63,145 nt of DNA from Candidatus Multivorans thiocomprendens (GTDB lineage: Bacteria > Acidobacteriota > Thermoanaerobaculia > Multivoradales > Multivoraceae), in assembly GCA_027493375.1 (NCBI GenBank), contig JAPVWO010000243.1:1-63145 (forward strand), in the 5' to 3' direction. The translations under genes were made by a program, and so were the position numbers. Each line of letters starts with the position of its first letter. Positions within the stretch are counted from its first letter, which is position 1. The notes beneath the pieces are model-generated. The model saw nothing but the letters and a program-made list of their open reading frames with translations. It was not told where the DNA came from and ran no database searches. Below, piece by piece: positions 19,985-29,838 of this stretch.

Positions 19985-21346
19985 ATGCTGGCCGCGCTCG
20001 ACCGGTTCCTGGAAACCGCCGTCGGCTACGCCTGGGGCATGCCCCTGGTCGTCCTCCTGATCGGCTCGGGCGCCTTCTTCTGCCTCTACGTGCGCCTGCG
20101 GCCGTTGCTCCACATGGGGCACGCCACCGCGGTGACCCTGGGCAAGTACGACTCGCCCGACGATCCGGGGCACATCAGCCACTTCCAGGCCCTGTCGACG
20201 GCGCTGGCGGCCACGATCGGGGTCGGCAACATCGGCGGTGTCGCGATCGCGGTCACCCAGGGCGGCGCCGGCGCGGTGTTCTGGATGTGGGTGGCGGCCG
20301 TCGTCGGCATGGGCACCAAGTTCTTCTCCTGCACGCTGTCGCAGATCTACCGCGGCCGGGACGAACGGGGCGCGCTCCTCGGCGGCACGATGTACACGAT
20401 CGAACTCGGCCTCGGGAAGAAGTTCCGGCCGCTGGCGATCATGTTCTGCACCTTCGGCCTGTTCGGTTGCCTGCCGATGTTCCAGAGCAACCAGGTGGCG
20501 GAGCTCCTGAACGCGCAGTTCGGACTCGATCCGATCCTGACCGGCGTGGGCTGCGTGGCCCTGGTCGCGCTGGTCGCGTTCGGCGGCGTCGAACGGATCG
20601 GCGCGGTGACGGGACGGTTCGTGCCGGTCATGTGCGTCCTGTACCTGGGCATGGCGCTTTGCGTCCTGTTCGTGCGCTCCGACATCGCCGTGGAGGTGTT
20701 CGGCCGCATCTTCCGCGAGGCATTCACCGGCACCGCCGCGGCCGGCGGCGCGATGGGGATCGGCTTCCAGCAGGCGATGATGATCGGTGTTCGCCGCGCC
20801 GCCTTCTCGAACGAAGCCGGACTCGGCACGGCGCCGCTCGCGCACGGCGCGGCGAGGACCAACGAACCCGTCCGGGAGGGCCTGGTGGCGATGCTCGGTC
20901 CCTTCATCGACACGATCGTCGTCTGCTCTCTCACCGCCTTCGTCATCCTCTCCAGCGGCCTCGAGACCGTCGGCGAGATCACCGGCGTGTCGCTCACCGC
21001 CGACGCGGTCCAAAGCGCCCTGGGTGCACCGGGTCGCGCCCTGCTGGTGCTGATCGTGATGATGTTCGCGATCTCCACAATGGTCAGCTACTCGTACTAC
21101 GGCAAGCGCTGTTTCGCCTACCTGTTCGGCGCCAGGCGGGACGGGCTCTACACCTGGCTTTATCTCTTGGGCATCTTCGTCGGTGCAATCTTCACCGCCA
21201 GCACGGTGATCAACCTGATCGACACCGCCCTGGCCATGATGGCGGTGCCGAACCTGATCGCGACGCTGCTCCTGGCGCCGAAGGTGAAGGCGGCGGCGAC
21301 CGACTACTTCAACCGGCTGCGGGCAGAGCGAAGGGGTTCGTCGTAG
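19985..21346 (+). CDS. alanine/glycine:cation symporter (AGCS family)
   Basis: Characteristic N-terminal segment HISHFQALSTALAATIGVGNIGGVAIAVTQGGAGAVFWMW and ~11 TM helices. Confidence 0.9.
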   Translation: MLAALDRFLETAVGYAWGMPLVVLLIGSGAFFCLYVRLRPLLHMGHATAVTLGKYDSPDDPGHISHFQALSTALAATIGVGNIGGVAIAVTQGGAGAVFWMWVAAVVGMGTKFFSCTLSQIYRGRDERGALLGGTMYTIELGLGKKFRPLAIMFCTFGLFGCLPMFQSNQVAELLNAQFGLDPILTGVGCVALVALVAFGGVERIGAVTGRFVPVMCVLYLGMALCVLFVRSDIAVEVFGRIFREAFTGTAAAGGAMGIGFQQAMMIGVRRAAFSNEAGLGTAPLAHGAARTNEPVREGLVAMLGPFIDTIVVCSLTAFVILSSGLETVGEITGVSLTADAVQSALGAPGRALLVLIVMMFAISTMVSYSYYGKRCFAYLFGARRDGLYTWLYLLGIFVGAIFTASTVINLIDTALAMMAVPNLIATLLLAPKVKAAATDYFNRLRAERRGSS

Positions 21347-21357
21347 AGGGCGACCTG

Positions 21358-21729
21358 CTACCCGGGGAAGTAGCGCACGTTCGGCAGACCCTTGAAGTCC
21401 GCGTCCTGGGTCCAGAGTTCCGCGCCTTCGGACCGGGCGGTCGCCAGGATCGAGGCGTCGGCCATCGGCAGGGAGTACCGGAGGGACAACTGGGCTGCGT
21501 GGAGGGCGAGTTCGGCGGACAAGGCGACGACCCGGCCCTGCTGCATGCTCGCAACGGCCTGCCGGGCCTCGACGTCCGTGCGCTGTCGGCAGGTGACCCT
21601 GAACACCTCGTAGAGGCAGATGGTCGGCACGAGGAGAGTACTTGTATCGAGAATGGGCTCCTCGAACAGGTCTGCGCGTTCAGAGTCCGCCAGGTACTCG
21701 AGCCACCCCGACGAGTCGACGACGTTCAC
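21358..21729 (-). CDS. vapC: type II toxin VapC (PIN domain)
   Basis: 123 aa. N-terminal VVDSSGWLEY with acidic PIN residues. Overlaps the antitoxin stop by 4 nt. Confidence 0.85.
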   Translation of the reverse strand: MNVVDSSGWLEYLADSERADLFEEPILDTSTLLVPTICLYEVFRVTCRQRTDVEARQAVASMQQGRVVALSAELALHAAQLSLRYSLPMADASILATARSEGAELWTQDADFKGLPNVRYFPG

Positions 21730-21956
21730 AGTTCTCGATCCGGTTCACGTTCGACGGTGGTGTCGATTCCCTTGAGGAACCCTCGATACTCCTCCATCGG
21801 TTTGACCGGGATGAGACTGATCGTCTCACCGACGCGAATCGCCTGGATCTTCTGGCCTGGCTTGAGCCGCAGAGCGGTGCGGATCTCAAGCGGGATGACG
21901 ACCTGGTACTTGGGGGAGAGCGTGACGGGTTTCGGAGAGAGTGTGATTTCGTTCAT
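21726..21956 (-). CDS. vapB: type II antitoxin, AbrB/SpoVT-type (VapB)
   Basis: 76 aa. Swapped-hairpin motif KYQVVIPLEIRTALRLKPGQKI. Lies immediately upstream of the PIN gene. Confidence 0.8.
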   Translation of the reverse strand: MNEITLSPKPVTLSPKYQVVIPLEIRTALRLKPGQKIQAIRVGETISLIPVKPMEEYRGFLKGIDTTVEREPDREL

Positions 21957-22083
21957 GCTCGTACAACGGTAACATGATCGAACGCTACGCCGTATGTCGG
22001 TACTCGGCGGGATCCGAAGAACCGATGAACGGGCGGGAACGACTCATGGTCGCGACTCAGAGCCGCAGTAGAGTCCCGACGGC

Positions 22084-22731
22084 ATGAAGAGGGCGGCCGG
22101 CGCGCTTGCGGTTTGTCTGGCGCTGGTCATGGCTCCGGCGCAGGCGATGGACCCGTGTGAGGTCGATCTCGCGTCAACGCCAGAGAAACGTCTCAGCAGC
22201 AGTCCTCTGACATGGGACTTGCCGGCGGCTGGAAGGTGGCGCGTGTCGAGACGTGCCGCCGGCGGCCGCATCCGGGAGGGCTGCGGTCTCGGAGTGATCG
22301 AAGCACCCCTGGGTGCGGTGCGGAACGTCATCGACGCGGCTGCCGACTTCGACCAGTTCATGCCGCGCATCCTCGAATCGGACGTCGAGCCGGTCTCGCC
22401 GGGCGTCTACCTGAACCGGCAGGTCCTGGACATGCCGTTCCCGGTCGAGGATCGGCGCTACACGGTGCGCGTGGAGACCGGGACCGTCGAAGCCCGTGTC
22501 GGTACCGGCTGGCAGGCCCGTTGGACCTACGTCGAGGGCTCCGGAAACGTGCGGGAGAGCAGAGGTTCCTGGACCCTGATTCCACTTGACTCCGGGCGGA
22601 CGGTCGTCGTCTACCGGCTGCTGACCGACCCGGGCGGCCGGCTCCCGGCCTGGGTGGTCGACTCCGCGGCGCCCCGGGCGCTGCGGCGCGTGCTGGCGGC
22701 GGTACGGGACCGGGTGTTGTCAAGTCAGTGA
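22084..22731 (+). CDS. secreted START/SRPBCC-like lipid-binding-fold protein
   Basis: Signal peptide MKRAAGALAVCLALVMAPAQA. Pattern LDMPFPVEDRRYTVRVE ... WTLIPLDSGRTVVVYRLLTDPGG is typical of bacterial START-like proteins. Confidence 0.5.
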   Translation: MKRAAGALAVCLALVMAPAQAMDPCEVDLASTPEKRLSSSPLTWDLPAAGRWRVSRRAAGGRIREGCGLGVIEAPLGAVRNVIDAAADFDQFMPRILESDVEPVSPGVYLNRQVLDMPFPVEDRRYTVRVETGTVEARVGTGWQARWTYVEGSGNVRESRGSWTLIPLDSGRTVVVYRLLTDPGGRLPAWVVDSAAPRALRRVLAAVRDRVLSSQ

Positions 22732-23991
22732 GCCCGGACTCAGGTTCACGCCGGCCAGCACGAGGACGACGTTCTGGCCGCCGAAGCCGAAGGCGTTGAC
22801 GAGCGCCGCGCGGGTGGGGTGGGCCCTGGCCCGGTTCGGAACGTAGTCCAGGTCGCAGTCGGGATCGGGTCGTTCGAGGTTGATCGTCGGGCAGATCGTG
22901 CCTTCCTCGATCGTCTTGACAGCGGCCAGAGCCGAGACGGCTCCGGCGGCGCCCAGCATGTGGCCGACCTGGGACTTGGTAGCTGTCACCGCGACGTGCC
23001 GGGCACGCTCACCGAGGGCGGTCTTGATCGCCAGAGTCTCGGCGACGTCGCCGAGAGGCGTCGCCGTGCCGTGGGCGAACACGGCGTCGACTTCGCCGGG
23101 ATCCGTGCCGCCCGACTCCAGCGCCCGGGTCATGGCGGCGGCCGCGCCGGAGCCGCCGGGCCGGGGCGCGGTCAGGTGGTGGGCATCGGCGGTGACCGCG
23201 CCGCCGCGAACCTCGGCGTAGATGCGGGCGCCTCGTCGCTCGGCGTGTCGCTCGGTCTCGATGACGAACGCGACGCCGCCCTCTCCGAACACGAAACCGT
23301 CGCGGTCGGCGTCGAACGGGCGGCTTGCCGCCTTCGGGTCGTCGTTGCGGGTCGAGAGCGCCTGCAGGCGCGAGAACGTCGCGATGATGAGCGGGGTGAT
23401 GCCGGCTTCGGTGCCGCCGGCGATGACCGCGTCGACCTCGCCCGAGCGCAGCAGGCGGTACGCCTCCAGCAGGGCGTAGTTTCCGCTCGCGCAGGCCAGG
23501 GTCGACGTCGTGGTCGGCCCCGTGATCCCGAGTTCGATCGAGATGAGACAGGACACGGCGTTCGGCATCACGTCGGTGACCAGGAACGGATTCGCCTGCT
23601 GGGGTCCCCGCGCGACGAGTCTGCGCGTGCCGCTTTCCATGCTGGCCAGACCGCCGCCACCGGTGTTGAAGGTGATGCCGTAGCGGTGGGCTGCGGCGGA
23701 GTCGATCGCAAGGCCGGCGTCGGCCACCGCCTGCTTGGCCGAAGCGACCGCGAAGTGAGTGGCGCGGGCGAGCCGCCGCGCCGCCTTGCTCTCGAGCCAT
23801 TCCCTGGGCTCGAAGTCGCGCACCTCGCAGGCGATCTTCACCTTGAACCCGTCCGTGTCGAAGGCGGTGATCGGGCCGGCGCCCGAGTCGCCGGCCTTCA
23901 TCCGGCGCCAGAACGTGTCGACGTCGTTGCCGACAGGGGTCACGGCGCCGAGCCCGGTGATCACGATCCGGCCGTTGTCCGTCGCGGGCAT
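22720..23991 (-). CDS. fabF: beta-ketoacyl-ACP synthase II
   Basis: 423 aa with KAS-II hallmarks: ACASG active-site Cys context, HGTATPLGD, GFGGQN. Confidence 0.9.
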   Translation of the reverse strand: MPATDNGRIVITGLGAVTPVGNDVDTFWRRMKAGDSGAGPITAFDTDGFKVKIACEVRDFEPREWLESKAARRLARATHFAVASAKQAVADAGLAIDSAAAHRYGITFNTGGGGLASMESGTRRLVARGPQQANPFLVTDVMPNAVSCLISIELGITGPTTTSTLACASGNYALLEAYRLLRSGEVDAVIAGGTEAGITPLIIATFSRLQALSTRNDDPKAASRPFDADRDGFVFGEGGVAFVIETERHAERRGARIYAEVRGGAVTADAHHLTAPRPGGSGAAAAMTRALESGGTDPGEVDAVFAHGTATPLGDVAETLAIKTALGERARHVAVTATKSQVGHMLGAAGAVSALAAVKTIEEGTICPTINLERPDPDCDLDYVPNRARAHPTRAALVNAFGFGGQNVVLVLAGVNLSPGSLT

Positions 23992-24069
23992 CGCGCGAGG
24001 ATAGCGCCGCTCCCTGCGCTACGCTCGCCGCTCGCCACCCGCAAGAGGCCCTGACCACGGAGTTCGAGT

Positions 24070-25827
24070 ATGAGTCGAGAGCCCGCCCTTCGATTCGCGA
24101 CGGTTGTCGTGGTCCTGCTGGCCGCCGTCGGGCCGCTCCTGCACGCACAGGCCGATGGGGACTTCGTCCCGGTCACCGACGCGATGCTCGAGGATCCCGC
24201 CCCCGGCGACTGGCTGCACTGGCGGCGCACCCAGGACGGCTGGGCATACAGCCCGCTCGACCAGATCGACCGGGAAAATGTGGGCGAGTTGACCCTCGCC
24301 TGGTCGCGCGGACTCGAAGAGGGCAGCCAGCAGGGGACGCCGCTGGTCTACGACGGCGTCATGTACTACCCGAATCCGAGCAGCGTCACCCAGGCGATCG
24401 ACGCGGCGACGGGGGATCTCCTATGGGAGTACAGGCGGCCGATCCCGAAGGGCATCGCGACCTACGTCGGCGGCCTGGAGACGGTCAACCGGAGCATCGC
24501 GATCCATGGCGGTCTGATCATCGACACGGCGAACGACGGCTACGTCTACGCGCTGGACGCGGTGACCGGCGAACTGGCCTGGGAGACGCAGATCGTCGAC
24601 TACGAAACGGAGCCGGCGCGGCACTCGACCGGACCGATCATCGCCGCCGGCCGCGTGATTTCGGGGCGAAGCTGCCGCCCGCACCGGGGGCCCGAGGCGT
24701 GCTTCATCGCCGCCCACGACGCGGCGACGGGCGAGGAGCTGTGGCGCCGGCCGCTGATCCCGGGACCCGGCGAGTCCGGCAACGAGACGTGGGGCGACCT
24801 GCCTTACGAGAACCGGCATCACGTCGGATCCTGGATGGCGCCGAGCTACGACCCGGAACTGGAGCTGCTTCTCGTCGGCACGTCGGTCACCTCGCCGGCG
24901 CCGAAGTTCCTGCTCGGCGGCCACGAGAAGCGGCACCTCTACCACAACTCGACCCTGGCTCTCGAGGTCGCGACCGGCGAGGTGCGCTGGTACTACCAGC
25001 ACCTGAACGACCACTGGGATCTGGACCATCCGTTCGAGCGGCTGCTGGTCGATACGGCAGTCGCGCCGGACGCGGCGGCCGTCGCGTGGCGCAACCCGCG
25101 GATCGAGGCGGGGGAGACGCGCAAGGTGGTGACCGGAGTGCCGGGAAAGACGGGCCTGGTCTACACCCTCGACCGGGAGACCGGCGAGTTCCTGTGGGCT
25201 CGCCCCACCGTGCCCCAGAACGTGATCGAACGGATCGACGGCGAGACGGGCCAGGTGGTCGAGAACCCGGAGGTCGTCTTCACCGAGCTGGAGCAGGAGC
25301 GCCTGATCTGTCCGTCGCTCCTCGGCGGCAAGGACTGGGAAGCCGGCGCCTACAGCCCGCTGACGAACGCGATGTACTACCCGCTCCGGAATCTCTGCTC
25401 GCAGATGACGACCCGCGTCGGCCGCGGCGCCATGCACTACGCCCTGGTGAACGACACCCAGTTCGCGCCCGGCAAGGAGACGCTCGGCACCGTCTACGCG
25501 ATCTCCGCAGAGACCGGCGAGACGCTGTGGCTCCACGAGCGGCTGCCGGTGACGATGTCGCTCGCCGCGACCGGCGGCGGTCTCGTCTTCGGCGGCGACG
25601 TCGGGGGCCGCTTCTGGGCGCTGGACCAGGAGACCGGCGACGTGCTCTGGGAGATCAACCTCGGCTCTTCGGTGACCGGTTTCCCGATCAGCTACGAGGT
25701 CGACGGCCGCCAGTACGTGGCCGTCGGTACAGGCGCCGAGGGCGGTACGACGAGCACGTTCCGGCGGCTGACGGCGCAACTCCGGCCGAGCTCGAACAAC
25801 ACGCTGTTCGTGTTCGCGCTGCCCTGA
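24070..25827 (+). CDS. PQQ-dependent dehydrogenase (quinoprotein alcohol-dehydrogenase-like beta-propeller), periplasmic
   Basis: Signal peptide. N-terminal DWLHWRRTQDGWAYSPLDQI motif. Repeated A-x-D-x-x-TG-x-x-xW blades. No vicinal CC pair seen. Confidence 0.85.
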   Translation: MSREPALRFATVVVVLLAAVGPLLHAQADGDFVPVTDAMLEDPAPGDWLHWRRTQDGWAYSPLDQIDRENVGELTLAWSRGLEEGSQQGTPLVYDGVMYYPNPSSVTQAIDAATGDLLWEYRRPIPKGIATYVGGLETVNRSIAIHGGLIIDTANDGYVYALDAVTGELAWETQIVDYETEPARHSTGPIIAAGRVISGRSCRPHRGPEACFIAAHDAATGEELWRRPLIPGPGESGNETWGDLPYENRHHVGSWMAPSYDPELELLLVGTSVTSPAPKFLLGGHEKRHLYHNSTLALEVATGEVRWYYQHLNDHWDLDHPFERLLVDTAVAPDAAAVAWRNPRIEAGETRKVVTGVPGKTGLVYTLDRETGEFLWARPTVPQNVIERIDGETGQVVENPEVVFTELEQERLICPSLLGGKDWEAGAYSPLTNAMYYPLRNLCSQMTTRVGRGAMHYALVNDTQFAPGKETLGTVYAISAETGETLWLHERLPVTMSLAATGGGLVFGGDVGGRFWALDQETGDVLWEINLGSSVTGFPISYEVDGRQYVAVGTGAEGGTTSTFRRLTAQLRPSSNNTLFVFALP

Positions 25828-25888
25828 CGCCGGCAGGGTGCGTTACGCTCGTTCCACCCCACCAACAGCGCGTACCAGGAGGTCGAGA

Positions 25889-26917
25889 ATGAAGACCCGT
25901 GCCCTCTCCCTGTGTGCAGCCGCGAGCCTGCTCCTTGCGCCCTGCCTCCTCGCGGAGGACATTCCCCGCACGCCGGGCGGCAGGCCGGACTTCTCGGGCA
26001 ACTACGACGTCTCCTTCCTGACGCCGCTCGAGCGCGATCCGCGGTTCGGCGATCGGCAGTACTTCACCGAAGAGGAGGCGGAAGCGATCGCCGACGGCAT
26101 GGCGGCGTCCAACGCTCGCGATCTGGAGATCCGCGATCCCGACCGGGACGTGATCGCCGGCCGCTCGGAGGAGGGCTACCGGGGCGTCGGTGCCTACAAC
26201 GCCTTCTGGCTCGACCGCGGCACCGCCGCCTTCAAGGTCGACGGCAAGTACCGGACCTCCGTCATCACGGATCCGCCGAACGGCCGGTTGCCGCCGCGAA
26301 CCGAGGCGGGTCAGGCGCGCTTCGACACGCTGCCGCCCTTCGGCTACGAGAACACGGGCACGGCCTGGTGGCTGGAGAACGGGGACGATCCCTACGACGG
26401 ACCGGAATCGCTCACGCTCGGCAACCGCTGCGTCTTCCACCAGGGCTCGACGATGCCGATCGGCCCGAGGGCCTACAACAATCTGAAGACGATCGTCCAG
26501 ACCGACAGCCACGTCGTCATCCTGATCGAGTGGATGCACTGGGCCCGGATCGTGCGGCTTGGGGCTGAACCCATTCCGGAGGACTACCGCTCCTACGCGG
26601 GCGACTCGATTGGCCGGTGGGAAGGCGACACCCTGGTGATCGAGACGAGGAACCTGCTGGGCGACTGGGGCTTCCACCGGGAAGGGGCCCATGTCGTCGA
26701 GCGCCTACGCTTTCAGGACAAGGACACCCTGTTCTACGAGTACACGGTCAACGACCCGGAGTTCACCGCCCCTTACAGCGGGTCGCTGCCCTGGCCGCGC
26801 ACCGACGATCTCCTCTACGAGTTCGCGTGCCAGGAGGGGAACTACTCGATGGGCAACACGCTCCGCGGCGCGCGGTACCTGGAGCAGCAGTACGTCGAGA
26901 AGCACGGGCGACAGTAG
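25889..26917 (+). CDS. secreted protein, uncharacterised paralog family (member 2 of 4)
   Basis: Internal ATG of ORF 25838..26917 with AGGAGG at 25877-25882. Signal peptide. Motifs GRPDFSGNY, NRCVF, WEGDTLVIET, YEFACQEGNY and RGAR. Confidence 0.75.
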   Translation: MKTRALSLCAAASLLLAPCLLAEDIPRTPGGRPDFSGNYDVSFLTPLERDPRFGDRQYFTEEEAEAIADGMAASNARDLEIRDPDRDVIAGRSEEGYRGVGAYNAFWLDRGTAAFKVDGKYRTSVITDPPNGRLPPRTEAGQARFDTLPPFGYENTGTAWWLENGDDPYDGPESLTLGNRCVFHQGSTMPIGPRAYNNLKTIVQTDSHVVILIEWMHWARIVRLGAEPIPEDYRSYAGDSIGRWEGDTLVIETRNLLGDWGFHREGAHVVERLRFQDKDTLFYEYTVNDPEFTAPYSGSLPWPRTDDLLYEFACQEGNYSMGNTLRGARYLEQQYVEKHGRQ

Positions 26918-27036
26918 TCGTTGGCGGCACGGGGAGGCTGTACGGGCGGACCGGTTCGGGGTTGACCCCATTCGCCTAAGGTGACAGGGTTCGCCTTCAT
27001 TCCGTTCAGACAACTCGGCGTCTGCCGAAGAGGAGT

Positions 27037-27963
27037 ATGGCCAACGTCATGAAACTCGGAACAAGCGTGTCTTCTCGATTTGCCGTGGCCATGGCCGCGG
27101 TATTCGCCGTGGCGGTGGCGCCGCTCGCGGCCCAGGACTTCGAGCCGAACCGGCTGTCGGACGGCCATCCGGATCTGAACGGCATCTGGCAGGCCCTGAA
27201 CGAAGCGAACTACGACCTCGAGCTGCACATGGCGCGCGCCGCGATGCAGTTGCGCGAAGGTCCGCACGGTCCGCTGCCGGCGGCCGAGGTGCTCAACTTC
27301 GGCGCGGTCGGCTCGGTGCCGCCGGGCATGGGCGTGATCAAGGGCGGCGGGAAGATCCCGTACACGGACGCAGCGGCCGCGACGAAGATGGAGAACATGG
27401 CGAATTGGTCCACGCGTGACCAGGAGATCTACTGCTACCTCCCGGGCGTGCCGCGGGCGACCTACATGCCGCAGCCGTTCCAGATCTTCCACAGCGAGAA
27501 CGCGGTCTTCATCGCCTACCAGTACGCCGGCGCGGTCCGCGACATCTACATGGAGGAGCCGAAGCCTTCGCAGGTCGACAGTTGGATGGGGACGTCCTAC
27601 GGCCGCTGGGAGGGCGATACCCTCGTCGTGGACGTCAGCGGCCTGCTGGCCAAGGACTGCGCTGAGCGTCCGGAAGACATGGCCGGCTGCGGCGGCTGGC
27701 TTGACCGCTCGGGCAACCACTACAGCAACCAGTTGCAGGTGGAGGAGCGCTACACGCTGGCCGGCCCCAACCACATGCACTACGAGGCGACGCTCACGGA
27801 CCCGATGACTTACACAGAGCCGTGGACGATCGAGATGCCGCTCTACCGGCGCATGGAGCCGAACGCCCGGCTGATGGACTTCCGCTGCGTCGAGTTCGTG
27901 GAAGAGCTGATGTACGGCGAGTACCGGCGGAACCCGTTGCCGCGGATGAAGCTGGTCGACTAG
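27037..27963 (+). CDS. secreted protein, divergent member of the same paralog family (member 3 of 4)
   Basis: GAGGAG RBS and a signal peptide. Shares HPDLNGIW, a Cys-containing CYLPGVP segment, GRWEGDTLVVD and DP..YT.PW, but lacks the CHEGNY C-terminus. Confidence 0.7.
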   Translation: MANVMKLGTSVSSRFAVAMAAVFAVAVAPLAAQDFEPNRLSDGHPDLNGIWQALNEANYDLELHMARAAMQLREGPHGPLPAAEVLNFGAVGSVPPGMGVIKGGGKIPYTDAAAATKMENMANWSTRDQEIYCYLPGVPRATYMPQPFQIFHSENAVFIAYQYAGAVRDIYMEEPKPSQVDSWMGTSYGRWEGDTLVVDVSGLLAKDCAERPEDMAGCGGWLDRSGNHYSNQLQVEERYTLAGPNHMHYEATLTDPMTYTEPWTIEMPLYRRMEPNARLMDFRCVEFVEELMYGEYRRNPLPRMKLVD

Positions 27964-28015
27964 CAGCCGGAGTTCCGGCGCGGCTTGGCGCCGCCCGGCG
28001 AAAGGAGCTGAGCCG

Positions 28016-29089
28016 ATGCTTGATCGCAGGTTGATCGTGTCCGCCGCCGCGGTTCTGGCCGTGGCGGCTGCTCCCCTGGTAGCCGCGGGCGACGAGGAGA
28101 TTCCGCGGACTTCCTCCGGCCGGCCGGACATTTCGGGCCACTACAACGTCGGCACCCTGACGCCGCTGGCGAGGCCGCGGGCGTTCGGCGACAACCTATA
28201 CCTGACCAGGGAGGAGGCCGACGAGATCGCCGAGCGCGAGCGCGAGCGCATGCAGGCGGAGGCCCGCGTCAGCGACCCCAACCGCGAGGCGCCTCCGGAG
28301 GGTGGCGACGGTTCCCCCGGAGCGGCCGGCAACGTCGGCGGCTACAACGCGTTCTGGATCGACCGGGGAACGGACGTCTTCGAGGTCGACGGCAGGTTCC
28401 GCACCTCGATCATCATCGACCCGAAGAACGGCCGCCACCCGCCGTTGACCGAGGCGGCCCGGGAGCGCTTCGCCGCCCGGCGGGGGTTCTTCCGCGCCAA
28501 CACCGGGGAGGCTTGGTGGCTCGAGCGCGAAGGGCCCGGGCCCTACGACGATCCGGAGTTGCGGCCGTTGGCGGAACGCTGCCTGCTGGGCTTCAGTTCG
28601 ACCGGCGGGCCGCCGATGCTGCCGGCGCTCTACAACAACCTGAAGCGGATCGTCCAGACCGGGGATCACGTGATGATCCTGGTCGAGATGGTCCATGACG
28701 CCCGCGTTGTCCGTATCGGCGGCGAGCACGTGCCCGCGTCCGAGCGGCGGTGGATGGGCGATTCGATCGGATGGTGGGAAGGCGACACGCTGGTCGTCGA
28801 CACGACGAACTTCGCGGACCGGCCGGCGCTTCGTTCGGCGACCCGCGATCTGCACGTCGTTGAACGGTTCACGCCGATGGGCCGGGACCACTTGCGCTAC
28901 GAGTTCACGGTGGAGGACCCGAACGTGTGGACGGCGCCGTGGAGCGGTGAGTACGCCTGGCCCCGGAGCGACGCCCTCCTCTATGAGTACGCCTGTCACG
29001 AGGGCAACTACGCCCTCGGCAACATCATGCGCGGCGCTCGTCTGCTGGAGGCGGACGCTCTGGCCGGAGGCGCGGACTCAGGAGAGTGA
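28016..29089 (+). CDS. secreted protein, uncharacterised paralog family (member 4 of 4)
   Basis: AAAGGAG RBS and a signal peptide. Motifs GRPDISGHY, ERCLLGF, WWEGDTLVVDTTNF, YEYACHEGNY and RGAR. Confidence 0.75.
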   Translation: MLDRRLIVSAAAVLAVAAAPLVAAGDEEIPRTSSGRPDISGHYNVGTLTPLARPRAFGDNLYLTREEADEIAERERERMQAEARVSDPNREAPPEGGDGSPGAAGNVGGYNAFWIDRGTDVFEVDGRFRTSIIIDPKNGRHPPLTEAARERFAARRGFFRANTGEAWWLEREGPGPYDDPELRPLAERCLLGFSSTGGPPMLPALYNNLKRIVQTGDHVMILVEMVHDARVVRIGGEHVPASERRWMGDSIGWWEGDTLVVDTTNFADRPALRSATRDLHVVERFTPMGRDHLRYEFTVEDPNVWTAPWSGEYAWPRSDALLYEYACHEGNYALGNIMRGARLLEADALAGGADSGE

Positions 29090-29215
29090 GGATTTGCCGA
29101 TCCTGTTAGAATGCGGTTCAGCTTTCCGCTGGAAAGCGTGTCGCGCACGCTTCCAACTGAACGAGAAACCCACGGATCACCCACTTACACAACAACCGAG
29201 GAGTGAGAGACAGCC

Positions 29216-29656
29216 ATGAGTAAGCGAGCCATGATCATCACGGGGATCAGCCTCGTCGTCGCGGCCATCGCGGTGGCGGTGCCCCTGGCGGCGCACCACG
29301 CGTTCGGCGCCGAGTTCGATCCCAACCGTCCCCTGCTGCTGAAGGGCCCGGTCGTCAAGGTCGAGTGGGTCAATCCGCACACCTGGATTCACATCGAGCA
29401 CACCGAGGAAGACGGCACGCAGCACGTCTGGATGGTCGAGGGCGGCACGCCCAACACCCTGCTGCGTCGCGGCCTCTCCCGGGACGACCTCCAGCCCGGC
29501 ACAGTCATCATCGTCGACGGCTACCAGAGCAAGGACCGCTCGCGACGCGCGAACGGCCGTGACGTGACCTTCGAGGACGGCAGCAAGATCTTCATGGGTT
29601 CCTCGGGTACCGGCGCGCCGCGCGACGGCCGCGACCCGACCGAGCCGCCCCGGTAG
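29216..29656 (+). CDS. small secreted protein with predicted mature N-terminus HH (DUF6152-like pattern)
   Basis: GAGGAG RBS. Signal/anchor IITGISLVVAAIAVAVPLAA followed by HHAFGAEFD and VEWVNPHTWIHIE. From memory this resembles the DUF6152 family. Confidence 0.6.
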   Translation: MSKRAMIITGISLVVAAIAVAVPLAAHHAFGAEFDPNRPLLLKGPVVKVEWVNPHTWIHIEHTEEDGTQHVWMVEGGTPNTLLRRGLSRDDLQPGTVIIVDGYQSKDRSRRANGRDVTFEDGSKIFMGSSGTGAPRDGRDPTEPPR

Positions 29657-29838
29657 GTCACTCGGTGTGCCGGCGTCCTCGCCGGCATCCGGCGCGCAGG
29701 GCCGGTCTCTGGAGTCGCGGGCGGATGCTCGCTACGCCGGGGCTCGGTTCTGCTCTCCGTCAACCTTCCTGACGCCTCAGGCGCGCCGCAAGTCTCCGCG
29801 GAGTGCGCCTGAGGCGTTTCGTCGCCGGGGCGAGCGAC

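Noticed and set aside
29104-29137. Extended -10-like TGTTAGAAT (29104-29112) and small hairpin GCTTTCC-gct-GGAAAGC (29121-29137) upstream of the HH-protein gene
   Set aside because: No acceptable -35 at proper spacing. The stem is short (7 bp) with no conservation evidence. It is plausible but not supportable as a feature from sequence alone.
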